This document shows positions 20,101-29,155 of a stretch of 64,000 nt of DNA, piece after piece; position 1 is the stretch's first letter, and each line of letters begins with the position of its first letter. Source of the stretch: an uncultured Acidobacteriota bacterium (GTDB taxonomy: Bacteria; Acidobacteriota; Thermoanaerobaculia; Multivoradales; UBA5704); contig OY969474.1 of NCBI GenBank assembly GCA_963700145.1, positions 4,768,001 through 4,832,000 of the forward strand, written 5' to 3'. A program made the translations under genes and the position numbers. The notes beneath the pieces are model-generated. The model worked only from the letters and a program-made list of their open reading frames with translations, was not told where the DNA came from and searched no databases.

Positions 20101-20282
20101 CCGGTGTGGGGACCCGCAGGCTCTCCTCCGCGCCGGGCGCTCCTTTGTGTCCGCGCTGCGCGTGCTGGTACAGAGGGGGTTGCCGGCAAACATGGGGGGG
20201 CTCCGGCGCCTCGCACGGTGGACTGCCAAGGGGAGCGGACGGAGCGCCCGGCGCTCCAGAGACCTGCGGGCCCTGGAACCGG
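20101..20282. other. Long imperfect hairpin element
   Basis: GCGCCGGGCGCTCC (20130-20143) / GGAGCGCCCGGCGC (20241-20254), plus CCCGCAGG/CCTGCGGG, GTCCGC/GCGGAC and CCGGT/ACCGG arms. Confidence 0.55.
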
Positions 20283-20301
20283 CGGTGGAGCCCCTGCGAG
20301 G

Positions 20302-20657
20302 TGTCATCCCGAGCGTGAGCGAGGGATCTGGGGGAAGGGTGGGCGCGAAGACCAACCAGCATCGCGCCGCCCCCCGCCCAGATCCTTCGCTCTCGCTCAG
20401 GATGACAAGGGAGGGGTTGTTCCCCCTGTTTCTGTCGGACGTCACTTCAGAGATTCGAGTCATGGCGCCGCGTGATGTGCCGGGCCAGAGGCCCGCGAAG
20501 CGGCGCGTTCGGGTGAAGGGGCCACCGTGCGTTAGCGGCGAAGCCTCTACCCGCTAACCAGCCACCACCCTTTCCAACCAGGACCCGCGAAGCGGGCGCG
20601 CCTCTTCGCGGGCCGGGTGGCCCGGCATCTCACGCGGCACTATCCGTCCCGCGCGGA
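20302..20657 (+). repeat. Composite dispersed repeat copy 1: REP-like hairpin (20302-20407) plus MITE-like long hairpin (20462-20643)
   Basis: TGTCATCCCGAGC...GCTCAGGATGACA; highly similar inverted copy at 28745-29087. Confidence 0.85.
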
Positions 20658-20697
20658 GAGGTCCGGGCGGGGGGCTCCCCTGATACGATCCCGCCCC

Positions 20698-21870
20698 GTG
20701 AACCTAGCCCAGCGCGTCGCCAGGATGAGCGAGTCGGCGACGTTGCAGGTCTCGCGCAAGGCGGCGGAGTTGCGGGCGCGGGGGGTGGAGGTTGTGGACT
20801 TCGGGGCCGGCGAGCCGGACTTCGATACCCCTCCGATCGCCGTCGAGGCCGCGCGTCAGGCGCTGGCGCGGGGGTTCACCCGCTATACCAATTCGAGCGG
20901 CATCCCCGAGCTGCGCGCTGCCCTCGCCGACTCCCTCCGTCAGCGCCACGGCGCCCCCTGGGCCCCCTCCCAGACCGTCGTCACCGTCGGCGCCAAGGCC
21001 GCCCTCTTCGAGCTCGCGCTGGCCCTCTTCGAAAGCGGCCAGGAAGTCGTCATCCCGTCGCCCTGCTGGGTCAGCTTCCCCGAGCAGGTGCGCTTCACCG
21101 GCGCCGAGCCGGTTGCCGCGCCGACCGCCATCGCCGACGGCTTCCGCATCCACGCCGAGGCCGTCCTCGACGCCCTGACCCCGCGCACCCGCGCCGTCCT
21201 CCTCAACTCACCCTGCAACCCGACCGGCGGCGTCGTCGGCGCCGAGGATCTGCGGGCCATCGTCGAGGAAGCCGCCCGGCGCGGCGTCCTCGTCATCTCC
21301 GACGAGACCTACGAGCGCTTCCTCTACGACGGCGCGCCGCACGCCAGCGCCGCGGCGCTCGCCGCCGAGTTCCCGGAGACCGTCGTCCTCGTCGGCTCCT
21401 TCTCCAAGACCTACGCCATGACCGGCTGGCGCATCGGCTTCCTGGCTGGGCCGCCGGCCATCGTGCGCGCGGTCGAGAACGTGCAGAGCCACGCCACCTC
21501 CAACCCCACCTCCTTCGCCATGGTCGGCGCCCTCGAGGCGCTGCGCGGCGCCGAGGAGGCGGTCGGGCGGATGATCGCCGAGTACCAGTGGCGGCGCGAC
21601 TACCTGATCCCGCGCCTCAACGCCCTGCCCGGCGTCGTCTGCCCGCCGCCGGCCGGGGCCTTCTACGCCTTCCCCGACGTCTCGCGCTGCTACCGCGACG
21701 GCCGGCGCGGCTCGATCGCGTTTTCCGAGTTCCTGCTCGAGCGGGCGCGGGTGGCGGTGGTGCCGGGCGAGGCCTTCGGCGCCGACGAGCACGTCCGCAT
21801 CTCCTTCGCCTGCTCGCGCGAGGCGCTGGAGTGCGGGCTGCGGCGCTTGGCCGACGTGCTCGCCGACTAG
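20698..21870 (+). CDS. PLP-dependent class I/II aminotransferase (aspartate aminotransferase-like)
   Basis: GAGEPDF, NSPCNPTG, SDETY, SFSKTYAMTGWRIG; GTG start 8 nt after TACGAT. Confidence 0.92.
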   Translation: MNLAQRVARMSESATLQVSRKAAELRARGVEVVDFGAGEPDFDTPPIAVEAARQALARGFTRYTNSSGIPELRAALADSLRQRHGAPWAPSQTVVTVGAKAALFELALALFESGQEVVIPSPCWVSFPEQVRFTGAEPVAAPTAIADGFRIHAEAVLDALTPRTRAVLLNSPCNPTGGVVGAEDLRAIVEEAARRGVLVISDETYERFLYDGAPHASAAALAAEFPETVVLVGSFSKTYAMTGWRIGFLAGPPAIVRAVENVQSHATSNPTSFAMVGALEALRGAEEAVGRMIAEYQWRRDYLIPRLNALPGVVCPPPAGAFYAFPDVSRCYRDGRRGSIAFSEFLLERARVAVVPGEAFGADEHVRISFACSREALECGLRRLADVLAD

Positions 21871-21938
21871 CGTCCAGGGGCCCGATCCGGCACGCCGCTC
21901 GCAAGCGCCTCGCTCGCATCCGACCGTGGAGGAATGAG

Positions 21939-23813
21939 ATGACCCGTCAGCTCCCGCTCAGCTTCCGGCAGGCGCTCCTGGCCGCGCTCCTCGTCCCGTC
22001 CTGCGTCGCGCCCCTCCTCGCCAACGGCAACGGCGCCAAGCCCCCAACACCCACCGCTGCCGCCGCCCCCGAGGAGCACGCCGGCCCGCCGACCGTCGAG
22101 GAGGCGCGCCGCTTCATCGAGGAGGGCGAGACGCGCCTGCGCGACCTGGCGCTCGAGGCCGGCCGCGCCGCCTGGGTGCAGGCCAACTTCATCACTCAGG
22201 ACACCGAGCTCCTCGCCGCCAAGGCCAACGAGCGGCTGACCGAGGCCGGCGTCGAGCTGGCCATGGCCTCCACCCGCTACGCCGACCTCGACCTGCCGCC
22301 CGAGCTCGAGCGCAAGCTCATGCTGCTGCGCCAGAGCCTGACGCTGCCGGCGCCGGACGACCCCGCCAAGCGCGAGGAGCTGAGCCGCATCGCGGCGCAG
22401 ATGGAGAGCATCTACGGCTCCGGCAAGTACTGCCCGAAGCCGGACGAGTGCAAGGGCGAGCAGGACCTGACGAAGATCATGGCCGAGAGCCGCGACCCGG
22501 CGGCGCTGCTCGACGCCTGGACCGGCTGGCACTCGATCGCGCGGCCGATCCGCCCCCTGTACCGGCGCTACGTCGAGCTGGGCAACGAAGGCGCGCGGGG
22601 GCTCGGCTACCCCGACTTGGGCGCCCTCTGGCGCTCGAAGTACGACATGCCGCCGGACGACTTCGCCGCCGAGGTGGACCGCCTGTGGACGCAGGTCAAG
22701 CCGCTCTACGACCCGCTCCACTGCTACGTCCGCGCCAAGCTCTCGGAGAAGTACGGCCCGGAGGTCGTGCCGCCGGACGGGCCGATCCCCGCCCACCTGA
22801 CGGGCAACATGTGGGCGCAGCAGTGGACCTACATCTACGACCTGGTGGCGCCGCCCGGGGCCGACCCCGGCTACAACCTCGACGAGCGCCTCGCGGCGCA
22901 GAACCTCGACGAGAAGGAGTTCGTGCGCTACGGCGAGCGCTTCTTCAGCTCGCTCGGCTTCGAGCCGCTGCCCGCGACCTTCTGGGAGCGGTCGCTGTTC
23001 AAGCAGCCGCAGGACCGCGACGTGGTCTGCCACGCCAGCGCCTGGGACCTCGACAATCAGGACGACCTGCGGATCAAGATGTGCATCGACGTCAATGCCG
23101 AGGACTTCGTGACCGTCCACCACGAGCTGGGGCACAACTACTACCAGCGCGCCTACAAGAACCAGCCCTTCCTCTTCCAGGACAGCGCCAACGACGCCCT
23201 CCACGAGGCGGTGGGGGACACGATCGCGCTGTCGATGACCCCCGAGTACCTCAAGCAGGTCGGCTTGATCGACGAGGTGCCCGACCCGTCGAAGGACCTG
23301 GGCTTCTTGATGAACCTGGCGCTCGACAAGGTCGCCTTCCTGCCCTTCGGCCTGCTCATCGACCAGTGGCGGTGGAAGGTCTTCTCCGGCGAGTTCGGGC
23401 CGGAGGAGTACAACGCCACCTGGTGGCAGCTGCGCGAGAAGTACCAGGGGGTCGGCGCGCCGGTGCCGCGCAGCGAGCAGGACTTCGACCCCGGCGCCAA
23501 GTACCACGTGCCGGGGAGCGTGCCCTACACGCGCTACTTCCTGGCCCACGTCCTCCAGTTCCAGCTCCACCGCGGGCTCTGCCAGGCGGCGGGGCAGAGC
23601 GGGCCGCTCCACCGCTGCTCGATCTACGGCAGCAAGGAGGCGGGAGCGCGGCTGCAGAAGATGCTGGAGATGGGGCTGTCGCGCCCCTGGCCGGACGCGC
23701 TCGAGGTGGTCACCGGCCAGCGGCAGATGGACGCCACCGCGATCCTCGACTACTTCGCGCCGCTCAAGACCTGGCTGGAGGAGCAGAACAAGGGGCGGCA
23801 GTGCGGGTGGTGA
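21939..23813 (+). CDS. M2 family metallopeptidase (ACE-like peptidyl-dipeptidase)
   Basis: [31 protein letters not shown]; signal peptide; SD GGAGG. Confidence 0.95.
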   Translation: MTRQLPLSFRQALLAALLVPSCVAPLLANGNGAKPPTPTAAAAPEEHAGPPTVEEARRFIEEGETRLRDLALEAGRAAWVQANFITQDTELLAAKANERLTEAGVELAMASTRYADLDLPPELERKLMLLRQSLTLPAPDDPAKREELSRIAAQMESIYGSGKYCPKPDECKGEQDLTKIMAESRDPAALLDAWTGWHSIARPIRPLYRRYVELGNEGARGLGYPDLGALWRSKYDMPPDDFAAEVDRLWTQVKPLYDPLHCYVRAKLSEKYGPEVVPPDGPIPAHLTGNMWAQQWTYIYDLVAPPGADPGYNLDERLAAQNLDEKEFVRYGERFFSSLGFEPLPATFWERSLFKQPQDRDVVCHASAWDLDNQDDLRIKMCIDVNAEDFVTVHHELGHNYYQRAYKNQPFLFQDSANDALHEAVGDTIALSMTPEYLKQVGLIDEVPDPSKDLGFLMNLALDKVAFLPFGLLIDQWRWKVFSGEFGPEEYNATWWQLREKYQGVGAPVPRSEQDFDPGAKYHVPGSVPYTRYFLAHVLQFQLHRGLCQAAGQSGPLHRCSIYGSKEAGARLQKMLEMGLSRPWPDALEVVTGQRQMDATAILDYFAPLKTWLEEQNKGRQCGW

Positions 23814-23864
23814 AGTTGATTAGAGCCCGGCGCGAAAGCTTTCGCGCCTAGGCGTCTACCTTCC

Positions 23865-24362
23865 GTGCCGGGGACCTCAGAGACCGACGCCCTCCTCTGG
23901 CTCGCCGCGATCGGCCTGGTAACGGCCGGCGCGGCGGGCACCGTACTGCCTGCCATCCCCGGCGCGCCGCTGGTGCTCGGCGGGCTCGTCCTCGCCGCCT
24001 GGATCGACGACTTCCAGAAGGTCGGCTGGATCACCCTCGGCTTCCTCGGCCTCCTGACGCTGCTCTCGATCGGCATCGATCTCGCGGCCACCGCGCTCGG
24101 CGCACAGCGCGTGGGGGCGAGCAAGCGCGCGGTCTTCGGCGCCGCGGTGGGGACGTTCGCCGGCCTCTTCTTCGGCATCCCGGGCCTGGTGATCGGCCCC
24201 TTCGCCGGCGCGGTCGCCGGCGAGTACTGGGCCCGCCGCGACTGGCGGCACGCGCACAAGGTGGGCCTCGGCACCTGGCTCGGCCTCCTCCTCGGCACCG
24301 CCGCGAAGCTGGCGCTGGTCTTCGCGATGGTCGGGGTGTTTCTGCTCGCCTATTACCTGTGA
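23865..24362 (+). CDS. DUF456 family membrane protein
   Basis: GTVLPAIPG..LGAQRVGAS..GLVIGPFAGAVAGE pattern. Confidence 0.8.
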   Translation: MPGTSETDALLWLAAIGLVTAGAAGTVLPAIPGAPLVLGGLVLAAWIDDFQKVGWITLGFLGLLTLLSIGIDLAATALGAQRVGASKRAVFGAAVGTFAGLFFGIPGLVIGPFAGAVAGEYWARRDWRHAHKVGLGTWLGLLLGTAAKLALVFAMVGVFLLAYYL

Positions 24363-24370
24363 CGCCCGGC

Positions 24371-24414
24371 ACGTAGGCCGGGCGCTACACGGCTGTCGTA
24401 GCGCCCCGCCCACG
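24371..24414. repeat. GTAG-type REP-like palindrome between convergent genes
   Basis: CGTAGGCCGGGCGCTAC...GTAGCGCCCCGCCCACG stem. Confidence 0.45.
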
Positions 24415-24425
24415 TGCGGGGCGTT

Positions 24426-25106
24426 TTACGGGACCAGCGGCTCGATGATGTCGGGCGCGTCGTTCTCCGGTTTGTTGACCTTGGTGCTCACCGGCACCAG
24501 CTCGAGGTCGCCGCCGCCGCCGGGCTTGAGCAGCGGCAGGACGCGCGCCGGGTCGCGCTCTTCGGGGTCGAGCCAGAGGTCGAACTGCTCGGGCGCGAGG
24601 ATCACCGGCATGCGGTCGTGGAGGTCGCCGATCCGCTCGTCGGCGTCGGTCGTCAGGATGGTGTAGGTCTCGAGCGGCTCGCCGCCGTCCTTCGGCCGCC
24701 AGCGCGACCAGAGGCCGGCGAAGGCGAAGGGGCGGCGGTCGGGGCGGCGGATCAGGAAGGGCTGCTTGAGACGCTTGCCCAGCGACTTCCACTCGTAGAA
24801 GCCGTCGGCCGGCACCAGGCAGCGGCGGCGCTCGAAGCTGTCGCGGAAGGCGGGCTTCTCGACCGCGCTCTCGCTGCGGGCGTTGATCATGCGGTTGCCG
24901 ATCGCCGGGTCCTGCGCCCACCAGGGGACGAGCCCCCAGCGCAGGAGGTCGAGGCGCCGCGGCTCGCCGGGCGCCAGCACGCGCACCACCGCCGACTCCT
25001 GGGTCGGCGCGATGTTCCAGCGCAGCGGGATCTGGGGCACGTCCGCCAGGCCGAAGACCTCGGCGAGGGAGTCGCCCGGCGAGCTGAGGGTGTAGCGGCC
25101 GCACAT
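24426..25106 (-). CDS. SOS response-associated peptidase (SRAP/YedK/HMCES family)
   Basis: Starts MCGRY; NIAPTQ, INARSE, RCLVPADGFYEW, HDRMPVIL. Confidence 0.95.
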   Translation of the reverse strand: MCGRYTLSSPGDSLAEVFGLADVPQIPLRWNIAPTQESAVVRVLAPGEPRRLDLLRWGLVPWWAQDPAIGNRMINARSESAVEKPAFRDSFERRRCLVPADGFYEWKSLGKRLKQPFLIRRPDRRPFAFAGLWSRWRPKDGGEPLETYTILTTDADERIGDLHDRMPVILAPEQFDLWLDPEERDPARVLPLLKPGGGGDLELVPVSTKVNKPENDAPDIIEPLVP

Positions 25107-25120
25107 CGCGGTCGGCCAGC

Positions 25121-26419
25121 CTAGCGCGCCGCCGGGCGCTCCTGCCAGCGGCCGCCGACGCAGGTGGCGGCGATCGCCTCCTCGCCGGCGCCGAAGATCA
25201 GGGATTCGAGGAGGGTCTCCGGCTCCCAGCCGGCGAGGGACGGGGCGTCGAGGTCGATGGCGACGAAGTCGGCCCAGAGGCCCTTGCGCATCGCGCCGGC
25301 GTCGATTCCCAGGGCGCGCGCGCCGCCCGCCGTCGCCATCTCCACGAGCCGGGGGGCCACGCTGCCGCGCATGTCGCGCACGACGCCGCGCTTCTCGCGC
25401 AGCAGCCGCTGCCCGTACTCCAGCCAACGCATCTCCTCGAGCGGGGCGATGCGGGCGTTGGAGTCGGTGCCGAGGCAGAACTGACCGCGCGGGAGGCTGT
25501 CCGGCAGCGGGGGGGTGCCGTCGCCCAGGTTCGCCTCGGTCAGCGGGCAGTAGCAGACGCTGCCCCCGGCGCGCAGCAGCAGCCCCAGGTTCTCGGGATA
25601 GGTGTGCGTACAGTGCACGGCCGTGAAGCCCTGCAGGTCGTCGATCTCGCGCACGACGAGGGCGAACGGCGAATGTCCGTAGGCTTGCTCGCACTCCTCG
25701 ATCTCACCCCGCTGCTCCTCGAGGTGCATGTGGAGCGGCAGCCCGCGCCGGCGCGCCTCCGCCGCCACCCCACCCAGCTCTTCCCGCGGCACCGCGCGGA
25801 CGCTGTGCAGCGCGACGCCGACGCTCTGGGTCGCGGGGTCCGCCGCGGCGGCGAGCCTGTCCACCTGCTGCCAGAAACGTTCCGGCGACGGCGAGCCGAA
25901 GCGACGCTGCGCCCCTTCGAGCGGCCGTCCGATGCCGCCGGTGCGGTAGTAGGTCTCGAGCAGGACGAGGCGGATGCCGGCCTCGCGCGCCGCTTCCAGG
26001 ACCAGCTCGTCGAAGGCGTAGTCCGCGGCGCCGGCGTCGGCGTGGTGGAGGTAGTGGAACTCGCCGACGGTCGTGATGCCGACGGCGCGCATCTCGCGGA
26101 AGGCCTGGACGGTGAGGGCGCGGAAGGCGTCCGCGTCGAGGCGGCCGACCAGCTCGTACATCGCCTCGCGCCAGCTCCAGAAGCTGCCGGCGCCCGCGGG
26201 GAAGGTCTCGCCGCGGCCGCGCAGGCCGCGCTGGAAGGCGTGCGAGTGGGCTGAGACGAAGCCGGGGAGGAGGGCGCGGCGGCGGAGGAGCTGGGTGGGG
26301 TAGGCATCGAGGCGGCCGGCTTCCGCGATCCGCCCGTCGCGATCCACACGCACCTGAAAACCCGAGAGGAACTCCCCGTCGAGCCAGGTGAGGTCGGCTT
26401 GGACGACCTGCTCGCTCAT
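25121..26419 (-). CDS. hutF: Formimidoylglutamate deiminase
   Basis: AHSHAFQR, SFWSWRE.MY, EFHYLHH, HSVRAV, CPLTEANLGDG, EEMRWLEYGQRL. Confidence 0.85.
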   Translation of the reverse strand: MSEQVVQADLTWLDGEFLSGFQVRVDRDGRIAEAGRLDAYPTQLLRRRALLPGFVSAHSHAFQRGLRGRGETFPAGAGSFWSWREAMYELVGRLDADAFRALTVQAFREMRAVGITTVGEFHYLHHADAGAADYAFDELVLEAAREAGIRLVLLETYYRTGGIGRPLEGAQRRFGSPSPERFWQQVDRLAAAADPATQSVGVALHSVRAVPREELGGVAAEARRRGLPLHMHLEEQRGEIEECEQAYGHSPFALVVREIDDLQGFTAVHCTHTYPENLGLLLRAGGSVCYCPLTEANLGDGTPPLPDSLPRGQFCLGTDSNARIAPLEEMRWLEYGQRLLREKRGVVRDMRGSVAPRLVEMATAGGARALGIDAGAMRKGLWADFVAIDLDAPSLAGWEPETLLESLIFGAGEEAIAATCVGGRWQERPAAR

Positions 26420-27567
26420 GTCCGGCAGAACTGCGCGATCGTGGCGTCGAGGAGGGTGCGCGCGCGGGCGAGCTCCGCCTTCGGCAGCCACTCGTTGGGC
26501 CGGTGGGCGGCGGCGATCGTGCCGGGGCCGAAGATCGCGCAGTCGAGGCCCAGCTCCTGCAGCCAGCCGGCGTCGGTGGCGAAGGGGACGCTGCCGGCCG
26601 GGCCGCCGGCGAGGGCGCAGAGGTGGCGCACGATCGGGGCGTCGGCGGGCACGAGGAGGGGCGGGCTGTCGGAGATGACCTCGACCTCGGGCACGAGCGG
26701 TGTCGCGGCGGCCGCGGCGGCGCCGCGCACGCGCTCGACGAGCGGCGCCGACTCCATCCCCGGCAGGGTGCGGATCCCCAGCTCGACGACGCAGCGGTCG
26801 GGGACAACGTTGATCGCCGCGCCGCCGCGCACCGTGGCGACGTTGAGCGGCGCGTACGGCACCTCCGGGAAAGCGTCGGCGTGCGGCGCCACTTCCTGCT
26901 CCAGCTCGGCGCGCAGCGCGGCGAGGGCGCCGATCACCCGCCCCGCCGGCTCGATGGCGTTGACCCCCAGGTGCGGCAGCCCGCTGTGCGCGGCGCGTCC
27001 GTGCAGCGTGACGCGGAGCTTGAGGTGCCCCTTGTGCAGGCGCGCCACCGTGAGCGAGGTCGGCTCGCCGATCACCGCGTTGCGCGGCAGCGCGTCGTCC
27101 TCGGGCCAGGTCTCGACGAAGCGCCGCGCGCCGAGGGTCCCGACCTCCTCGTCGTAGGTGAAGAGGAGCGCGAGCGGAGCAGCGAGTGCGCCGTCCTCCG
27201 CCGCCTCGGCCAGGAGGTTTGCCGCCAGCGCCAGGAACCCCTTCATGTCGCAGGCGCCGCGCGCCACCCAGCGGTCGCCGCGGTCGGCGAGGGCGAAGGG
27301 GTCGCTCTCCCAGCCGTCCTCCTCGGCCGGCACGACGTCCATGTGACCGGAGAGGACGAGGCCCCGCCGCTCCGGCCCTGGCTCCGGCCCGAGCCGGGCG
27401 AGGAGCGCGACCTTGGAGCCGTCCGCGGACGGCACGCGCGCCAGGCGCACGCCGGGGCGCTCGAGGTAGTCGCAGAGAAAATCGGCGAGCGGCAGGTTGC
27501 TGTACCGGCTGGTGGTGTCGAAGGCGACCAGCCGCGCGAGCAGCTCGGCGTCGGCGAGGTGGGCCAT
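26416..27567 (-). CDS. argE: Acetylornithine deacetylase (M20 peptidase family)
   Basis: LVLSGHMDVVP, RGACDMKGF, YDEEVG, IGEPT, AHRPNE. Confidence 0.88.
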   Translation of the reverse strand: MAHLADAELLARLVAFDTTSRYSNLPLADFLCDYLERPGVRLARVPSADGSKVALLARLGPEPGPERRGLVLSGHMDVVPAEEDGWESDPFALADRGDRWVARGACDMKGFLALAANLLAEAAEDGALAAPLALLFTYDEEVGTLGARRFVETWPEDDALPRNAVIGEPTSLTVARLHKGHLKLRVTLHGRAAHSGLPHLGVNAIEPAGRVIGALAALRAELEQEVAPHADAFPEVPYAPLNVATVRGGAAINVVPDRCVVELGIRTLPGMESAPLVERVRGAAAAAATPLVPEVEVISDSPPLLVPADAPIVRHLCALAGGPAGSVPFATDAGWLQELGLDCAIFGPGTIAAAHRPNEWLPKAELARARTLLDATIAQFCRT

Positions 27568-27603
27568 CGGATCGGAGTCCGGCGCGAAGCCTTCGCGCCG
27601 CGC

Positions 27604-28200
27604 CTAGCCGCGCTCGCGCTCGAGCAGGACCATCGTCAGGATGGCGAGGAGGACGGCGGTCTCGGCCGCCTCGGCAGGGCCGCCGCCGTCGATCTCGATC
27701 GAGAATTGACTCTCGAAGAAGGAGCGGTGCTTGCGCACCCGCAGCACGTCGCGGTTGGCGGGCTGCTCGCGCACGGCGTAGGTGGGGTGGAGGAAGAAGC
27801 CGGTGAAGGCGCCGAGGATCGGGATCCCGCCGAGGAGGCCGTCGAGGAGCTTGACCCAGGGGTCCACCTCCTCGATCAGGAGCGCGCTGCCGTCGGCGGC
27901 GGTGACGTCGTAGGTCGAGCGCCAGAGCGAGCGCGCGCCGCGCCGCTTGACCGCGCCGACGACCTGCCCGGCGTCGTCGGTGAAGGTGAAGCGCGGCGAG
28001 ATGTCGAGCACGCGGTCGGCGTTGATCTCGTAGAGCAGGCGCGACTGGCTGGCGTCGGCGAAGACGCGGATCTTCTCCTTGAGGCGGAGGAGCTTCTGCT
28101 TGACGTAGAGGATCTCCTGCCCGGCGGCGTCGCGCACCCAGGCCTGCGGCGCCAGGGCGATGATCTTGAAGGTGAGGCTGAGGGGGTAGTTGTAGCGCAT
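27604..28200 (-). CDS. LURP-one/scramblase-like protein
   Basis: YVKQKLLRLKEKIRVF, SLWRSTY pattern; TACAAT -10 and GGAGG SD upstream. Confidence 0.7.
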   Translation of the reverse strand: MRYNYPLSLTFKIIALAPQAWVRDAAGQEILYVKQKLLRLKEKIRVFADASQSRLLYEINADRVLDISPRFTFTDDAGQVVGAVKRRGARSLWRSTYDVTAADGSALLIEEVDPWVKLLDGLLGGIPILGAFTGFFLHPTYAVREQPANRDVLRVRKHRSFFESQFSIEIDGGGPAEAAETAVLLAILTMVLLERERG

Positions 28201-28234
28201 GCGCCCTCCGCGTGCGGCGGGCGGATTGTACTAG

Positions 28235-28681
28235 CTACCCCTGTTGCTCGAAGTCCGGCAGGTTCTCCTGCTCTTCGGCGGTCTGGTCGTCCCAGTCGTC
28301 GACCCGCTCCATCTCCTCGGGCGGCAGGGCGCGCTCGGGCTCGTGGCCGCGCAGGTAGCGCTCTTCTTCGGCGTCGAGGACGAGGTCGTCCCGGGCCGCC
28401 GCGGCTTCGCGGTCGGTCGCCAGGAGCGGCACGCCGGCCGCGGCGGCGTCGGCAACGGCAAGGCCGTCCTCGAGCCCGGCGCCGGACGGCGCCTCGACGA
28501 TCGTCAACCCCTCCCCCTCGGCCAGCTCCTCGGCGGCGCGTGCATCGGTCGCGGCGACCTCCTCCGCGATCGGAATCGGAGGCAACCCGATCTCCTCGGC
28601 GACGAGCTGCTCGGCAACCGGATCCTCATCGGCGAGGCCGGTGGAAACGGGGGCGGTTTGAGGGGGTTCGGGGCGTGCCAT
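28235..28681 (-). CDS. Small acidic hypothetical protein
   Basis: E/D-rich 148-aa ORF with SD AAGGAG and host-like codon use. Confidence 0.55.
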   Translation of the reverse strand: MARPEPPQTAPVSTGLADEDPVAEQLVAEEIGLPPIPIAEEVAATDARAAEELAEGEGLTIVEAPSGAGLEDGLAVADAAAAGVPLLATDREAAAARDDLVLDAEEERYLRGHEPERALPPEEMERVDDWDDQTAEEQENLPDFEQQG

Positions 28682-28744
28682 GGCATCTCTCTCCTTCGCT
28701 GGGGTGTCAGTGCAGGAACCTTGCCCGCCGGCCCCCGCCCGGTG

Positions 28745-29087
28745 CCGCGCGGGGCGGATAGTGCCGCGTGAGATGCCGTGCCACCCGGCCCGCGAAGAGG
28801 CGCGCCCGCTGCGCGGGTTCCTGGTTGGGAGGGGTAGTGGCTAGTTAGCGGGTAGAGGCTTCGCCGCTAGCGCACGGTGGCCCCTTCACCCGAACGCGCC
28901 GCTTCGCGGGCCTCTGGCCCGGCACATCACGCGGCGCCATGGCTCGAAACTCTGAAGTGACGTCCAGCAGAGAAAGACGCCCCCTTGTCATTCCGAGCGA
29001 GAGCGAGGGATCTGGGCGGGGGGCGGCGCGATGCTGGTGAGTCTTCGCGCCAGCCTCTCCCCATCCCTCGCTCACGCTAGGGATGAC
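28745..29087 (-). repeat. Composite dispersed repeat copy 2 (inverted relative to 20302-20657)
   Basis: Long hairpin at 28758-28940 and REP-like hairpin at 28986-29087. Confidence 0.85.
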
Positions 29088-29155
29088 GTGGGCAGTGGCT
29101 CCAAGCGCTCGGCAAGAGCCTAGTTGCACAGGATGTTACACTTACGCCCGTTTTC

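Noticed and set aside
19829-20557. Small ORFs across the dsbD intergenic region and at 28845-29129
   Set aside because: They are translations of the palindromic repeats; the same peptide appears in both repeat copies
23829-23849. Short GGCGCGAA..TTCGCGCC palindromes at ~23830 and ~27581
   Set aside because: Probably small REP-like or terminator hairpins; too short to support a separate claim
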